Shown here piece by piece: positions 23,935-34,940 of a stretch of 64,000 nt of DNA. The number at the start of each line of letters is the position of its first letter. Positions within the stretch are counted from its first letter, which is position 1. The notes under the pieces were generated by a model that searched no databases, had not been told where the DNA came from, and worked only from the letters and a program-made list of their open reading frames with translations. Source of the stretch: Leptogorgia sarmentosa (taxonomy: Eukaryota). The position numbers were made by a program, and so were the translations under genes. The stretch is taken from the NCBI GenBank assembly GCA_964658305.1, contig OZ210885.1:25482001-25546000 (forward strand), written 5' to 3'.

Positions 23935-25305
23935 GTGCAGTCAGGTTGGATAGGCCAGGTGTTATTATACCCATTTGTGCCTGGAACAGAACATTATTTA
24001 TCTGGTACTGTACAAGATGCCTTGTTGCTAATTCTTAGTGACGCAAATCATGGAGATGAAAGGAAATCATGTGAGCAAACACCAAGCAAGCACATGGTTC
24101 AAGATGGCGCTGCCACCGAGACCAAATCAAAACAATCGATATGTCAGAACTACAACTCTTTTTCTGATGAAATTTCCAAAATAATGGGCATAGTAAATGA
24201 CCTTAAAAACCGACATGAAGAAGAACGTCAGAACACCAAAACACGAGAAGCTGAATCAAACGAAAAAATTCAATACTTGATCGATGACAGGAAAAAAATG
24301 GCGACCGAGATCGAATTGCTCCTCGCAACTGTGACAGAATTGACACGTGAAAACAGCGCTATAAAAAACATTCTGGATATGAAGCAAACCGAGTGGGTCA
24401 ACACAGCAACAAAAGCGAAACCTTCAAAAGAAAATCGACCAGATCCAATTCAAGTAGAGAATCAATTCGAAATCCTCAAAGTCGAAGATGATATAAATGA
24501 GTCAGAACCAACAGCGCCAGAGTTTAACACTCAAACTACCCATGACCAAATCCTTGAATACCGTTCCAAAGCACAATCGAGGTTTACCTCTCAGAAAAAC
24601 AAAGAATCAAAGGCATCGGGTAAACTATCTAAAACTACAACAGAGCCAGCATCCAAGAAACATGAAGGAAAGCCTGAAAAACAACACAAAAGAACTCTGG
24701 TGATCGGTGATTCCATGGTGAAAAATATCGATCAACAGAAGATTCAGAGAGCCGCAGGTGACCAATCAGTTGTCCATTCGTACAGTGGAGCGAAAGTGGA
24801 TCAAATAATGACGAAGATCAAAAATGACATCAAGAAAGTCCAGTTTGAAACAGTCATCCTCCATGTGGGTACAAATGATCTGGTCCATGAAGATCCTGAA
24901 TTGGTCGCAACAAAGATGGATGGACTCATTACAGAAACCAAAAGCAAGGCAAGAAAGGTCGCAGTATCCAGTGTTGTGAAAAGGTATGATGGCCGTGTTG
25001 CAGCAAGCAGCATAACTCATTTTAACAATTTAGTAAGTAATTTATGCTCCCAGCATAATATAGTATTCCTAAATAATGATCATATAGACAAATCTTTACT
25101 GAATCGATCAAATCTACACCTAAACCAAAGTGGTGATAGGTCATTAGGAGGTGTATTCTGCACCTATCTTAAGTCCAATCGAGTGAAAACCAACAATCAA
25201 GCAGTTAATATTAGAGATGAACAGGTTTTTCACAATGCTTACCGCAGTCGGAAGAGAGAATGGACAATGTACCTACAATTTGTGAACCAGATGATGAGAA
25301 ATTAG
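23935..25305 (+). CDS. L2/CR1-group LINE ORF1 with coiled coil and SGNH esterase domain (5' end probably truncated)
   Basis: VIGDSMVK, VILHVGTND and SNLHLNQSG blocks, plus the NQFEIL motif. Directly upstream of the APE-RT ORF. Confidence 0.85.
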   Translation: MQSGWIGQVLLYPFVPGTEHYLSGTVQDALLLILSDANHGDERKSCEQTPSKHMVQDGAATETKSKQSICQNYNSFSDEISKIMGIVNDLKNRHEEERQNTKTREAESNEKIQYLIDDRKKMATEIELLLATVTELTRENSAIKNILDMKQTEWVNTATKAKPSKENRPDPIQVENQFEILKVEDDINESEPTAPEFNTQTTHDQILEYRSKAQSRFTSQKNKESKASGKLSKTTTEPASKKHEGKPEKQHKRTLVIGDSMVKNIDQQKIQRAAGDQSVVHSYSGAKVDQIMTKIKNDIKKVQFETVILHVGTNDLVHEDPELVATKMDGLITETKSKARKVAVSSVVKRYDGRVAASSITHFNNLVSNLCSQHNIVFLNNDHIDKSLLNRSNLHLNQSGDRSLGGVFCTYLKSNRVKTNNQAVNIRDEQVFHNAYRSRKREWTMYLQFVNQMMRN

Positions 25306-27829
25306 ATAGTCATAACATCTCAAACAATGCAGGTAGCGACTTTCTCACTAGCCTTAATTCGGTTCCCAGCACCAGAGGTTTTAAGATGGCTTTCCTAAAT
25401 ATTGTCAGCCTACCTAAAAATCTAGATGAAATAAGATATTCAATGTCCAGCAAGCATATAGATCTCATTGTCTTCAATGAGACACGGCTTGACCCCAATT
25501 TAAATAATAATATGGTTCATATTAATAATTATGACATTATTCGAAAGGATAGGTCAAGAAGTGGTGGTGGAGTTTGTATCTATTTACGTAACTCTATTAA
25601 CTACAAAATTAGGTATGATCTGATTCCAACAGAACTTGAATGTGTTTGCATTGAAATTATGAAACCACATAGCAAACCATTCCTTGTTACTACAGTATAT
25701 AGACCACCAAATGCACCCTCTGAGTTTTTCGAAAGCTTGGAAAAACTTATCAAAGCTATTGATGATGAAAATAAAGAAATGTATATTCTTGGAGATCTTA
25801 ATTGTGACATGTTAAAAACAAATGATTTGATTTGCCAACAAAAAAAATTAAGTCATTATGAGTTGTACCAATTATCACAACTGATCAAACAGGCTACTCG
25901 AATAACTATGACAACTAGTAGCCTGATTGATCATATTGTTACAAATACACCGGAGAAAATATCTGATTCTGGTGTTATCCACACAGGCATTAGTGATCAC
26001 AGTCTAATATTTGCAATCAGAAAAATTACAATTATAAAAAAACAAGAAAATACTATTGAGATTAGAAATATGAAAAATTTTGATGATCAAAAGTTTGTTA
26101 ATGAACTGCAGAGTCAGCATTGGGAATTTATATACTTTTTTGCTTCAGATCCAAATTCCATGTGGGAAATGTGGAAAGAAATGTTCTTGGAAGTTCTTGA
26201 TAAACATGCACCAATTCAAAACAAAAAGATTAGATCAAAAAAACTTCCCAAGCAAGTAAAATAAAAAAACTAATCATTACAAGGGACAAATTGAAAAGAA
26301 AAGCCATCTTAACAAATTTAGAAACAGATTGGTACAATTACAAACAAACTAGAAACAAAGTGAATATAGAACTAAGAAATGCTAAGAAAGATTATTATTC
26401 CTTGAAAATTGCTGGACAAAAACACAATCCAAAACAGGCTTGGCAAACTATAAACAATTTACTAGGTAAGCAAAACAAACAAACAGTCGTAAACGAATTA
26501 GATATAGACGGAGAGATTTTAACAAATCCTCAAGACATTGCAGAGGGTTTCAATGATTACTTTTCAAATATTGGTCCAAATTTAGCCAACAAAATTGGCA
26601 CATCAAGTTGTGATTTTGAAAATTACGTTAAGAAAACTAAATCAGAGTTTGCTGCATTTCATCCTACTACCATTAGTAATGTTTGCCATCTTCTAAGTGG
26701 GCTTTCTAGCAATAAAGCTACTGGCATTGATAAAATTTCCTGTAAAATTATAAAGATAGCTGCACCTGTTATTTCAGATTCGTTAACTTATATTTTTAAC
26801 CAAGTCGTTACTCAGTCCTCTTTCCTGATGAATGGAAAATGGCTAGAGTTACACCTATCTTTAATTAAACATTTTATTTCATCAGATAGAGCAATTAAAT
26901 GTGGAGTACCACAAGGCTCTATTCTAGGACCACTCCTGTTTTTGTTATATATTAACGATCTGCCTCAATGTCTAAACAAAACAAAGCCTCGACTATTTGC
27001 TGACGATACAAATTTAACAGCTTCAGGCCAGTCTATAACTGAACTTGAAAATGCAGTAAATTCTGATTTGGAAAACCTTAGGAAGTGGTTGATAGCCAAT
27101 AAACTTAGCTTGAATGTGGCTAAGACAGAATTTATATTGATTGGCTCAAAACCAATGATTAAAGGCACTGCAGATTTTCATCTAAACATTAAAATTGACA
27201 ACAAACCCATTAAACAGATTCAAGAGTGTAAAAGCCTGGGAGTGATAATTGACCAGTACCTATCTTGGAATAGTAACACGGAAAATATTTGCAAAAAGGT
27301 AACAGCCGGAATCTCTGCCCTTCGGCGTTTAAAAGATTTTGCTGACAGAGAAACACTTCTCTCTGTATACAATGCACTTATATACCCATATTTCAAATAC
27401 TGCTGTGAAGTATGGGATGTATTCGGTGAAACGCAGTCAAAAAGATTGCAAAAACTTCAAAACAGAGCTGCTAGAATCATCACAAATCTTAACAATGATG
27501 TCGATCATTCTATTGCCTTAGGTGAGCTAAACTGGGAACCTCTTAAGGCTGATAGGAAAAAAACTAAGGCGAAAATGATGTATAAACTTTTAAATAATGT
27601 GGGTCCAAATTCACTCACTAATCTGTTTTCGTATAAAAGTGAATTAACAAACTATAACCTCCGGGATATTTCAAGTGGTCTTCACTTACCAAAACCACGT
27701 ACAAATAATATGAAAAAAAGTTTTATGTATGATGGTGCATTCCTTTGGAATTCAATTCCAAGAGAAATTAGGGGAAGCACATCCCTTAATTCTTTTCAAA
27801 AAAAAATCGCTACCTGCATTGACATTTGA
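25260..27829 (+). pseudogene. L2/CR1 LINE ORF2 (AP endonuclease + reverse transcriptase), frameshifted with an internal RT deletion
   Basis: FNETRL, GGGVCIY, VYRPP, ILGDLN, LIDHI and ISDH (endonuclease). GVPQGSILGPLLF and LFADD (RT). Frame break near 26250. The early RT domains are missing near 26860. Confidence 0.93.
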
Positions 27830-28054
27830 AAAGATAAACGAAATAAAGTACATGCATGTGTGTAAATAGAGGATTTCCTGTACATAGCTTAATTGCCTTT
27901 TTTAGTTCATTGTAAATGGTTAGATTGTGTTCTTACAGTATAGACCTACTTTTATATAATTATGTAAAGATATTTTGCACACGTCCCCTGTGGAAATCAG
28001 CTAAGGTTGACGGGGTCAACGTGTTAATAAAGTTTTTCTATCTATCTATCTATC
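27830..28054 (+). mobile_element. LINE 3' UTR and (TATC)n tail
   Basis: CACGTCCCCTG..GACGGGGTCAACGTG stem, then AATAAA, then (TATC)4. Confidence 0.8.
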
Positions 28055-28378
28055 TGCTTCATCAAATTTCTTAAGTGACTTGATTAAGAACTTTCCATAT
28101 GATTCACATTCTCCAACTTCACTGTTTTCTTTTTTTCTCTCTTTGGCAATTGAGGAAGCAAGACCCTTCATGACATTAAATTCCTCTTCTTCTAACTTCC
28201 TCTTTAGGGACTTGGGCCTGGACTTTATTGGCATTTTGGTTGATTGCACTGCAAGTGTTGCATTTGTTTCATTTGGTTGATCAAAATCATCAGAATCATT
28301 TCCACCAAGTTGCATGGGATCACCTTCATCACCATCATCATCGTTATTCTCATTCTCACCTACCACAGTAGAATTCAC
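28055..28378 (-). pseudogene. Exon of a probable Harbinger accessory (MADF/Myb-BESS-like) protein
   Basis: Minus-strand acceptor CTTTTTAG at 28386-28379. Acidic linker, then KRKLEEEE..GECESYGKFLIKSLKKF, which resembles BESS-like C-termini. Confidence 0.55.
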
Positions 28379-28425
28379 CTAAAAAGTGTATAATTTACGT
28401 CAGGGTTTTATACTGTTTATTGCAG

Positions 28426-28566
28426 GTACCATCATCTGAGAATGATTGGCTAAATGTTGCAGATGAGTTTTTCACAAAATGGAACTACCCATGCTGTGTT
28501 GGGGCCCTTGATGGCAAACATATAGCAATACAACAACCAACAGACACTGGTTCTGAGTTTTTTAGA
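28426..28566 (+). pseudogene. Harbinger transposase exon with first catalytic Asp
   Basis: TTGCAG acceptor, then VPSSENDWLNVADEFFTKWNYPCCVGALDGKHIAIQQPTDTGSEFF. Confidence 0.9.
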
Positions 28567-28659
28567 CGTAGTACAAATTGTAGCAAAGTCGTTTGACCCA
28601 CATCTTGGAGAGTAATCTGAAATTATTCTATTTTTCTGGCAGATGGATTTCATTAATAT

Positions 28660-29315
28660 ATATTATTATATACACAAGCGCTGGATATGAGCTATTCTGC
28701 AATCTGATTGGTTCTCTACAAGCAGGATATTAGCTCATATCCTGCTAGTACAGAAATGTAAACAAAATGGCTGAAAGAGCGAAGCCGGAATTGAAGTTTT
28801 CAATAGTTAAAAACGTCTTTGCGACCAATTAAAAGAATAAAATTCAAGAAGTTTAGTTGTAAATGTTTATTGTGCAGTTTTGAATCTGGAAAATCGGACT
28901 CGACGCTGTAATATTCATCGCTTGTTGCTGTTTGTTGACATTTTACAATGGTAAAATTAATTTTGTGTTGTACTTTCAAATGCAGAAAAATACAGATGAA
29001 AACTGCTGAAATTTAAAACTAGCTATAGTTTAAACGAAACGTCGACTATTTTAATTCCGTAACTGTTGTTTTTTCCGTGCTTTTTGGCATGTATTTATCA
29101 AGTAAAACTGTTTTTGTAAATATGTCGATTTCAAAGTGATAGAACACTTTGAAATTATATTCAGTTATTAACTAAAGTACAAATAAATTTGGAAGTTGTT
29201 TTTGTCTAGCGCTTGTGTACATAATAAAACAGTTATTCTGCTCACTCTCGTCGAAAGACTGATAGTCGACTATCAGCGCATATACGACTCGAGTTCGCAG
29301 AATAACTGTTAAATA
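28660..29315 (+). mobile_element. Non-autonomous element with terminal hairpin (Crypton-like?)
   Basis: Starts TTATTATA..CTGATTGG and ends ATAATAAAACAGTTATTCTGC..CTGATAGTCGACTATCAG..GCAGAATAACTGTT. The same architecture occurs inverted at 51962-52420. Confidence 0.45.
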
Positions 29316-29943
29316 TACAGGGTGTATAAAAAAACGCAATCCTACATTCAAATGCAATTTTCATAACGAAAAGAAATAGAAAATAGGCTATATTTACCAC
29401 TGTTAGAAAGCTCTATCATTCCGCATTCTTACGACTGCATGTTTGTTAAATTTGAGTTGGAAATGAGCGAGTAATGTTATTTTTAGTCAGTGTGATTGGA
29501 CAATTTAAAATTTGAATTTTATTAAATTTAACTTTAGTTGGTTACAATCATTCAATGTGGCCGCCATTTGTCAGCACACACAAATCACTTCGACATTGCA
29601 TTTCCTGTCCAAGTCTCTTGTTAGTGTAATAAGTTGTTTATTCAGGCAGCCATATTAGACATACCCAGATTGCCCCAGACCTCTAAGTATCATGCTACAT
29701 TTCTCCCCCCTTAGCAATGTTAACAAATCCCTGACAATTAATCATAAACTAGAACAAAATATTAAGTGTTTATATACTGTTCGCATCTGGCTCCAGTTCA
29801 TTTCTTCTCTAGCATTTCTCCTTTCTCTTCCCACGACAGTAAATGTTAAAATGTTAAATATGTTAGTTAAATTTATAAATGTGTTAGTGTATATGGCAAT
29901 GTTTTCTTTATTGGTTTTATTGTTCGACCATAGCGTGACGTCA

Positions 29944-32399
29944 CTAATCCTGCTTTCTCCGACAGGTTGCTAGTCTCGACTTGTGTGGTTTGGCTTTCAC
30001 TTTGTACTTCTTGTCCACTTTCACTTTGTACTTCTCGCTGGCTGGTCTTGTTTCACCAGACCTACGAGTTGACCTTGTATCCACATATGTGGAACTTGGT
30101 TCTGGAACTTTCATCAAATGTGCTCGATTGCACCTTAAGACTCTGTCGTTGTGATCTGTTATTAAGTATGATCTTGGAGCGATCTCTTGTTTAACTTTTG
30201 CAGGATGCCAGTTTGCTTTTGGGTCTGTTTTGGCCATGACGTGGTCTCCTTCGCTTAATTTGGGAAGCGATGCGGTGTGCTGGTCATAGTACCTCTTTGT
30301 CTGTCTCGTTCGTTCTTGAGATTCATTGTAACATTTTCAACTACTTTTAGCTTTAGAAGCTGGTCACTGAGTGCCAACAAAGATTTGGTTCTATGACTAA
30401 AAAGTCGTTGAGCTGGCGAACCAAGGTCATTGTTTCTCGGTGTATTGCAAAGCTCAAGGATTGCCAAGTTGGGATCTGTTCCTTCCTTGCGTGCTTTCTT
30501 TAGGACTTTCTTTAAAGTCTGTATTGTGCGTTCGGCAAGACCGTTGCTCTTTGGGTAATGTGGACTTAATGTCTTATGTATGAAAGTCCATTCTTTGGCA
30601 AATTGCTTGAATTCTGTGTTATCGAATTGGAGATTAAAGTGTTAATTGGAGTGTCTTGCGAAGGTGGTTTTGCAATGTTTAATTAGAGTTGGTGTTTTCG
30701 TACTTGTTAGCTTCATGACCTCAAAAAAAGTAGTCCACTAATAGAAGGTAGTTTTCTTTGTGCAACTCAAACAAATCTGTGCCTAGTTTTCACCACGGTC
30801 TATCCGGTATTTCATGAGGTAACATAGGCTCTTTACATTGGCTGTTTCTGTGTTCCAAACAGAGTGAGCATTTGGAGACCATTTCCGTTATTTGTTTACT
30901 CATCCCTGGCCGACGTAATGTTAGTTCAATGCAAAGATGTGCTTGGTGAAGTTTCTCTAATGTGATTGCCCTTTCGCTGGCGGGAATGACTAATTGTTCT
31001 CATCCAAAAATGAGACCATCATAACAACTCAGCTCATCGCGATAACTCCAGTAAGGGTGAGTCGGACCTGTTAGGTGGCCAACCCTTTTGGATCGTCGTT
31101 TTCAGTGCCTGTAACTCTGGATCTTTCTCAGTAGCATTTCGTATTTGATTTAATTTTTCTTCTGTTGCCGGTATAATAATGTGTACATGGAAAATGTCAT
31201 TGGTCGATGTGTTTCCGCCGTTATATTCTTGAGTTGCGTTAGTAGCTCGACTAAGTGCATCTGCAATATACATTTGTTTTCCAGGTTTGTGAACGACCGA
31301 TGTCATACTGTTGGAGACATAGTAACACACAGGCGATGGCCAATATAATGAATTTTTGTTAGGCCAATTTGGCACTTGTCTTTGTTCGACTGGAGGCCAA
31401 TGGTCCTAAGTCTTTCCAGGAGTTTGATTAGCCTTTCATTATGTTGCTCATTGTTCTCGCCCCATCCAAGCATATCATCCATTATAACTTCAACTCCCTC
31501 TAAGCCTTCGAGCAGTTGTTTCATATGTTTTTGAAAAACTTCAGCAGCTGATTTTATGCCAAATGGTAAGTGTTTGAATTTGTACCATCCGTGGGGGGTG
31601 TTAAATGTGCACAACAAACTACTGGCTTCATCCAGAGGTATTTGCCAGAAGCCACTTTTGGCGTCGAGGACTGAAAAAACTTTGTCATTGGGCATTCGGG
31701 CAGTTACTTCTTCAATTGTTGGAAGAGGAAAGTGTTCACGTTTTACGGCTTCATTTAAATTCTGTGGATCCAGACATATTCGTGTTTTGTGCGGCTTAAT
31801 AACAGTTACCATGGATTAACCCAATCAGTGGGTTGATCAACTTTTTCAATAACCCCTTCTTCTTCCATTCGGTGGAGTTCCTTTGTGACACGGCTTCGAA
31901 TTGTCTCAGGAACACGTCTGGGTGGATGTATAACTGGTTCAATTGATTCATTAAGTTCAATATGATGTTTGACTGGCAGACAACCGAGTCCTTCAAATAA
32001 ATCTGGATAATTGTTCAGAATATCTTGTTGTTCCGTTTTGACAGTCCACTAATAGAAGGTAGTTTTCTTTGTGCAACTCAAACAAATTTGTGCCTAGTTT
32101 TCACCACAGTCTATCCGGTATTTCATGCTGTGTTTTGAAGGTCAACCATTTGGAATTCTACTGGATAGTATATTTTTATGCTGAATAAGTGTTGTAATTT
32201 TTCCTTCTGGGGTTGTTCGATGTCCCGAGAATATCAATTTTACTTTGCTCTGAGAAAGTGTTCCGTTGGTGCCAATCAATTTTTGATATGTAGATAGGGG
32301 AAGGACATTACATTGGGCGCTAGTGTCAATTTTACATTTGATTTTGTGAGTGTTAATTTCGACAGTTTCTAACCATTCATTAGGTGGTTTGTTAGGCCG
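29944..32399 (-). pseudogene. Gypsy pol remnants: protease, RT, partial RNase H, integrase
   Basis: KIDTSAQCNVLP (protease). LDAKSGFWQI, LPFGIKSA and MDDML (RT). KPGKQMYIADALSRA. SPHYPKSNGLAER and SPAQRLF (integrase). Many frameshifts. Confidence 0.92.
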
Positions 32400-32899
32400 T
32401 AGGATGAGCATCGAAAGATGCAATTCCGTTGCACCCCTCATGGAACTAGATAATTTTCACATGAATGAGTAATGAGTAGATTAAAACTCACTTTATCCCA
32501 ATCAGTTCCTCCCCAAGCGAAACAGGTGCACAAATGGGAGAAAAGTCACCCCAAAGTTTGGTATTTTGCGCTTCAAAAAACCGCCATCGTTTTAGTAGCT
32601 AACACGCATGCGCATCACACGAAAATTCTCACTGCGCAAACTCAGATAGAAAAATGGGTTCTCCCTGCAGTGGGTTTTCCCTGTTGAAACAACAAAATAA
32701 AGTCACAGAACGGGTTAAAATTTGTAATATTGACGAATAAATAAACGCACATATATTGCTTGAAACGCATTATAAACTTTGCTTCCGTATAATATGTTAA
32801 ATCATTTCAGTATTGTCTTGAAATATTGATTCTAAGTGCTGACATGAATTTAATACAAATTTGCAAGCTTGAAAACCCACTTGCATCCAACAGGACATA

Positions 32900-33457
32900 C
32901 AGGGTGTCTCAAAAAAAAGGTAATCGAACTTTGGCATGCCATTGTGCGTTAATTACTGGGTGTATGAACGTAATTTTTGCATGGTCATAAATATCAGGGT
33001 CTCAGCTATTGAATGACATGTTTTTTGTGTCATTATGAGCAAAGGAGAACGAATATGAGAGCGATTAAAATTGACGGTCGAAATTGCATATTTTCACCTC
33101 TGTGCCTAATTAAAGCAGTGCATAACAAAAGAAAAATGCAATTCATCACGAATGTGTCATGGTAACAAAGATTTTATCAGGATTATTAATAATTATGCAT
33201 AATCAGGTCGAGTGCCATAGGGAGTTAATTTTGAATAAGTTTAGCTGCAATTCTCAGAGGTGAAAGAATGCGTTTTTCACCGAGATTTTTCAACATGCTC
33301 GCAATTGCCTGATTTTCTTCCATATCGTGCAAGAAATATGTCATTCAACTGCTAAGACCTTGATCTTTATGACCATGCAAAAATCACGTTTGTACACCCA
33401 GTAATTAACGCACACTGGCATGCCAAAGTTTGATTACCTTTTTTTTGAGACACCCTG
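32900..33457. mobile_element. Tc1/mariner-type MITE (CAGGGTGTCTCAAAAAAAAGG), asymmetric arms
   Basis: Long TIRs with TA on both sides. Confidence 0.92.
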
Positions 33458-33459
33458 TA

Positions 33460-34129
33460 TCAGGCTGTAAGAGTTCGACAATGGGTATCGTATAAAAATA
33501 AATTCAATAAATTTCATTGGACAAGGAATATCACATGACAGACCGTCATTAATTGTTACCGGCACCCTGTAAACGCAACAGGTAAACGGCACATTCGCAA
33601 ACTATCGTAATTTTTCTACCGTATTCACATAATACCGGCATCTCTTAGTCAAGAAACCAGCGAGCAGTACATCAGTAAACGTTTTAAGTGAAAATTGCAT
33701 ATTTCCACCGATGGGAATAAACGAGACAATAATGGAATGGATGTGCATTTTTAATCAACAAATTTTCAAAGATTTACATATTTATCATTCAGATTCACTT
33801 TTGTCACTTGCTGAATATGAAAACTCGCACTAATTTGAATATTTGAATTGCAATGATAATTGCATGATGATTAAGATGTTTAAACCTCTTGGGACTAAAA
33901 TTCAAAAGAAACGCATGCAATTCCCATTGGAGTGGAAATATGCGATATTCACTTAAAACGTTCACCGAAGCACTGCTCGCTGGTTTCTTAACTAAATACC
34001 ACATAGAACGTGTCATCTAAAAGCTAATGAACTGAACTTTCGAATGATATCAAACTCGATGAAATCCATCAACGATTTGGTGAAATATGACGCGCCACAT
34101 TTGTGTTACCATCTTTTTTATACACCCTG
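33460..34129. mobile_element. Right part of another CAGGGTGTATAAAAAA-type element
   Basis: Ends TTTTTTATACACCCTG-TA at 34129. The left limit is uncertain. Confidence 0.45.
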
Positions 34130-34940
34130 TACAATAAATAAATATATTTACACGATTAAGGAGCAAAATAAATATTCCTGTAAACCTTAGTCAAACATGG
34201 GAAACATCGTCGCTCTGCTCACTCTGCTCACTGAAACTGATAAGACCATATCACATACAGAAACATTGGTCAGACAAATGTGACAATTGACAAAAATCTT
34301 TGCGCAATAATGTTTCCCAGTTTGTCATGGGCGTTAAAGGAATATCCTCATTTAAAAACTTTATTTGATTCAATTTTATTGCATCAATGTATTACTGAAT
34401 AACTATGTCAGAAAAGCTTGGCACTATTTTTCTACGTTGTGCGTTCCGTTCATCATGCAAATATGTGGATACCAATCTTCTCGAATCCGGACCAACGTTT
34501 CCATTCGTTTTAACCATCTTTTCCAACTGACTGCACCAGCGATGCGGAAGAAGTATGTCCCAGGCACCAAACTCGACGTTCATCAAAAAAATAAATTGGA
34601 AAGAAATACAAAATCTATCATTTCATCACAACTTTTGACAATCAATTTTTCATCCTTGATCTGGGGGTTTTCATTGCAATAAAATCCTATCTAGAATAAT
34701 AAGAATAGATTCAACCTGGTTTTTAGTGCCACTATAGTTGACGTTTCTCATTGATTTGCTGCTGTGCCAGGGTCCATTTCAGCTCCTCTTGCAGGGTCTA
34801 CTTCAGCTCAACGACACTGTTAATGCTGTTCGTAATAGGGATATATGTATTTAAATGATGTTGATGCCAATAAGAATTGTCAAATCAATTTTAAAAAATA
34901 CCGATCTACTACACTGTTTTGTAAAAACCTACATGCAATA

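Larger units (their letters stand above)
7499..28566 (+). mobile_element. Harbinger/PIF element 1, fragmented by nested insertions
   Basis: TAA then AGCCTGCCGCACACGAG at 7499. The sequence resumes after the CACTA shell at 21783 (ATGTGCACACG..GCTAAGC, related to the terminal motif) and runs into a HARBI1-like transposase. Right TIR not found. Confidence 0.6.
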
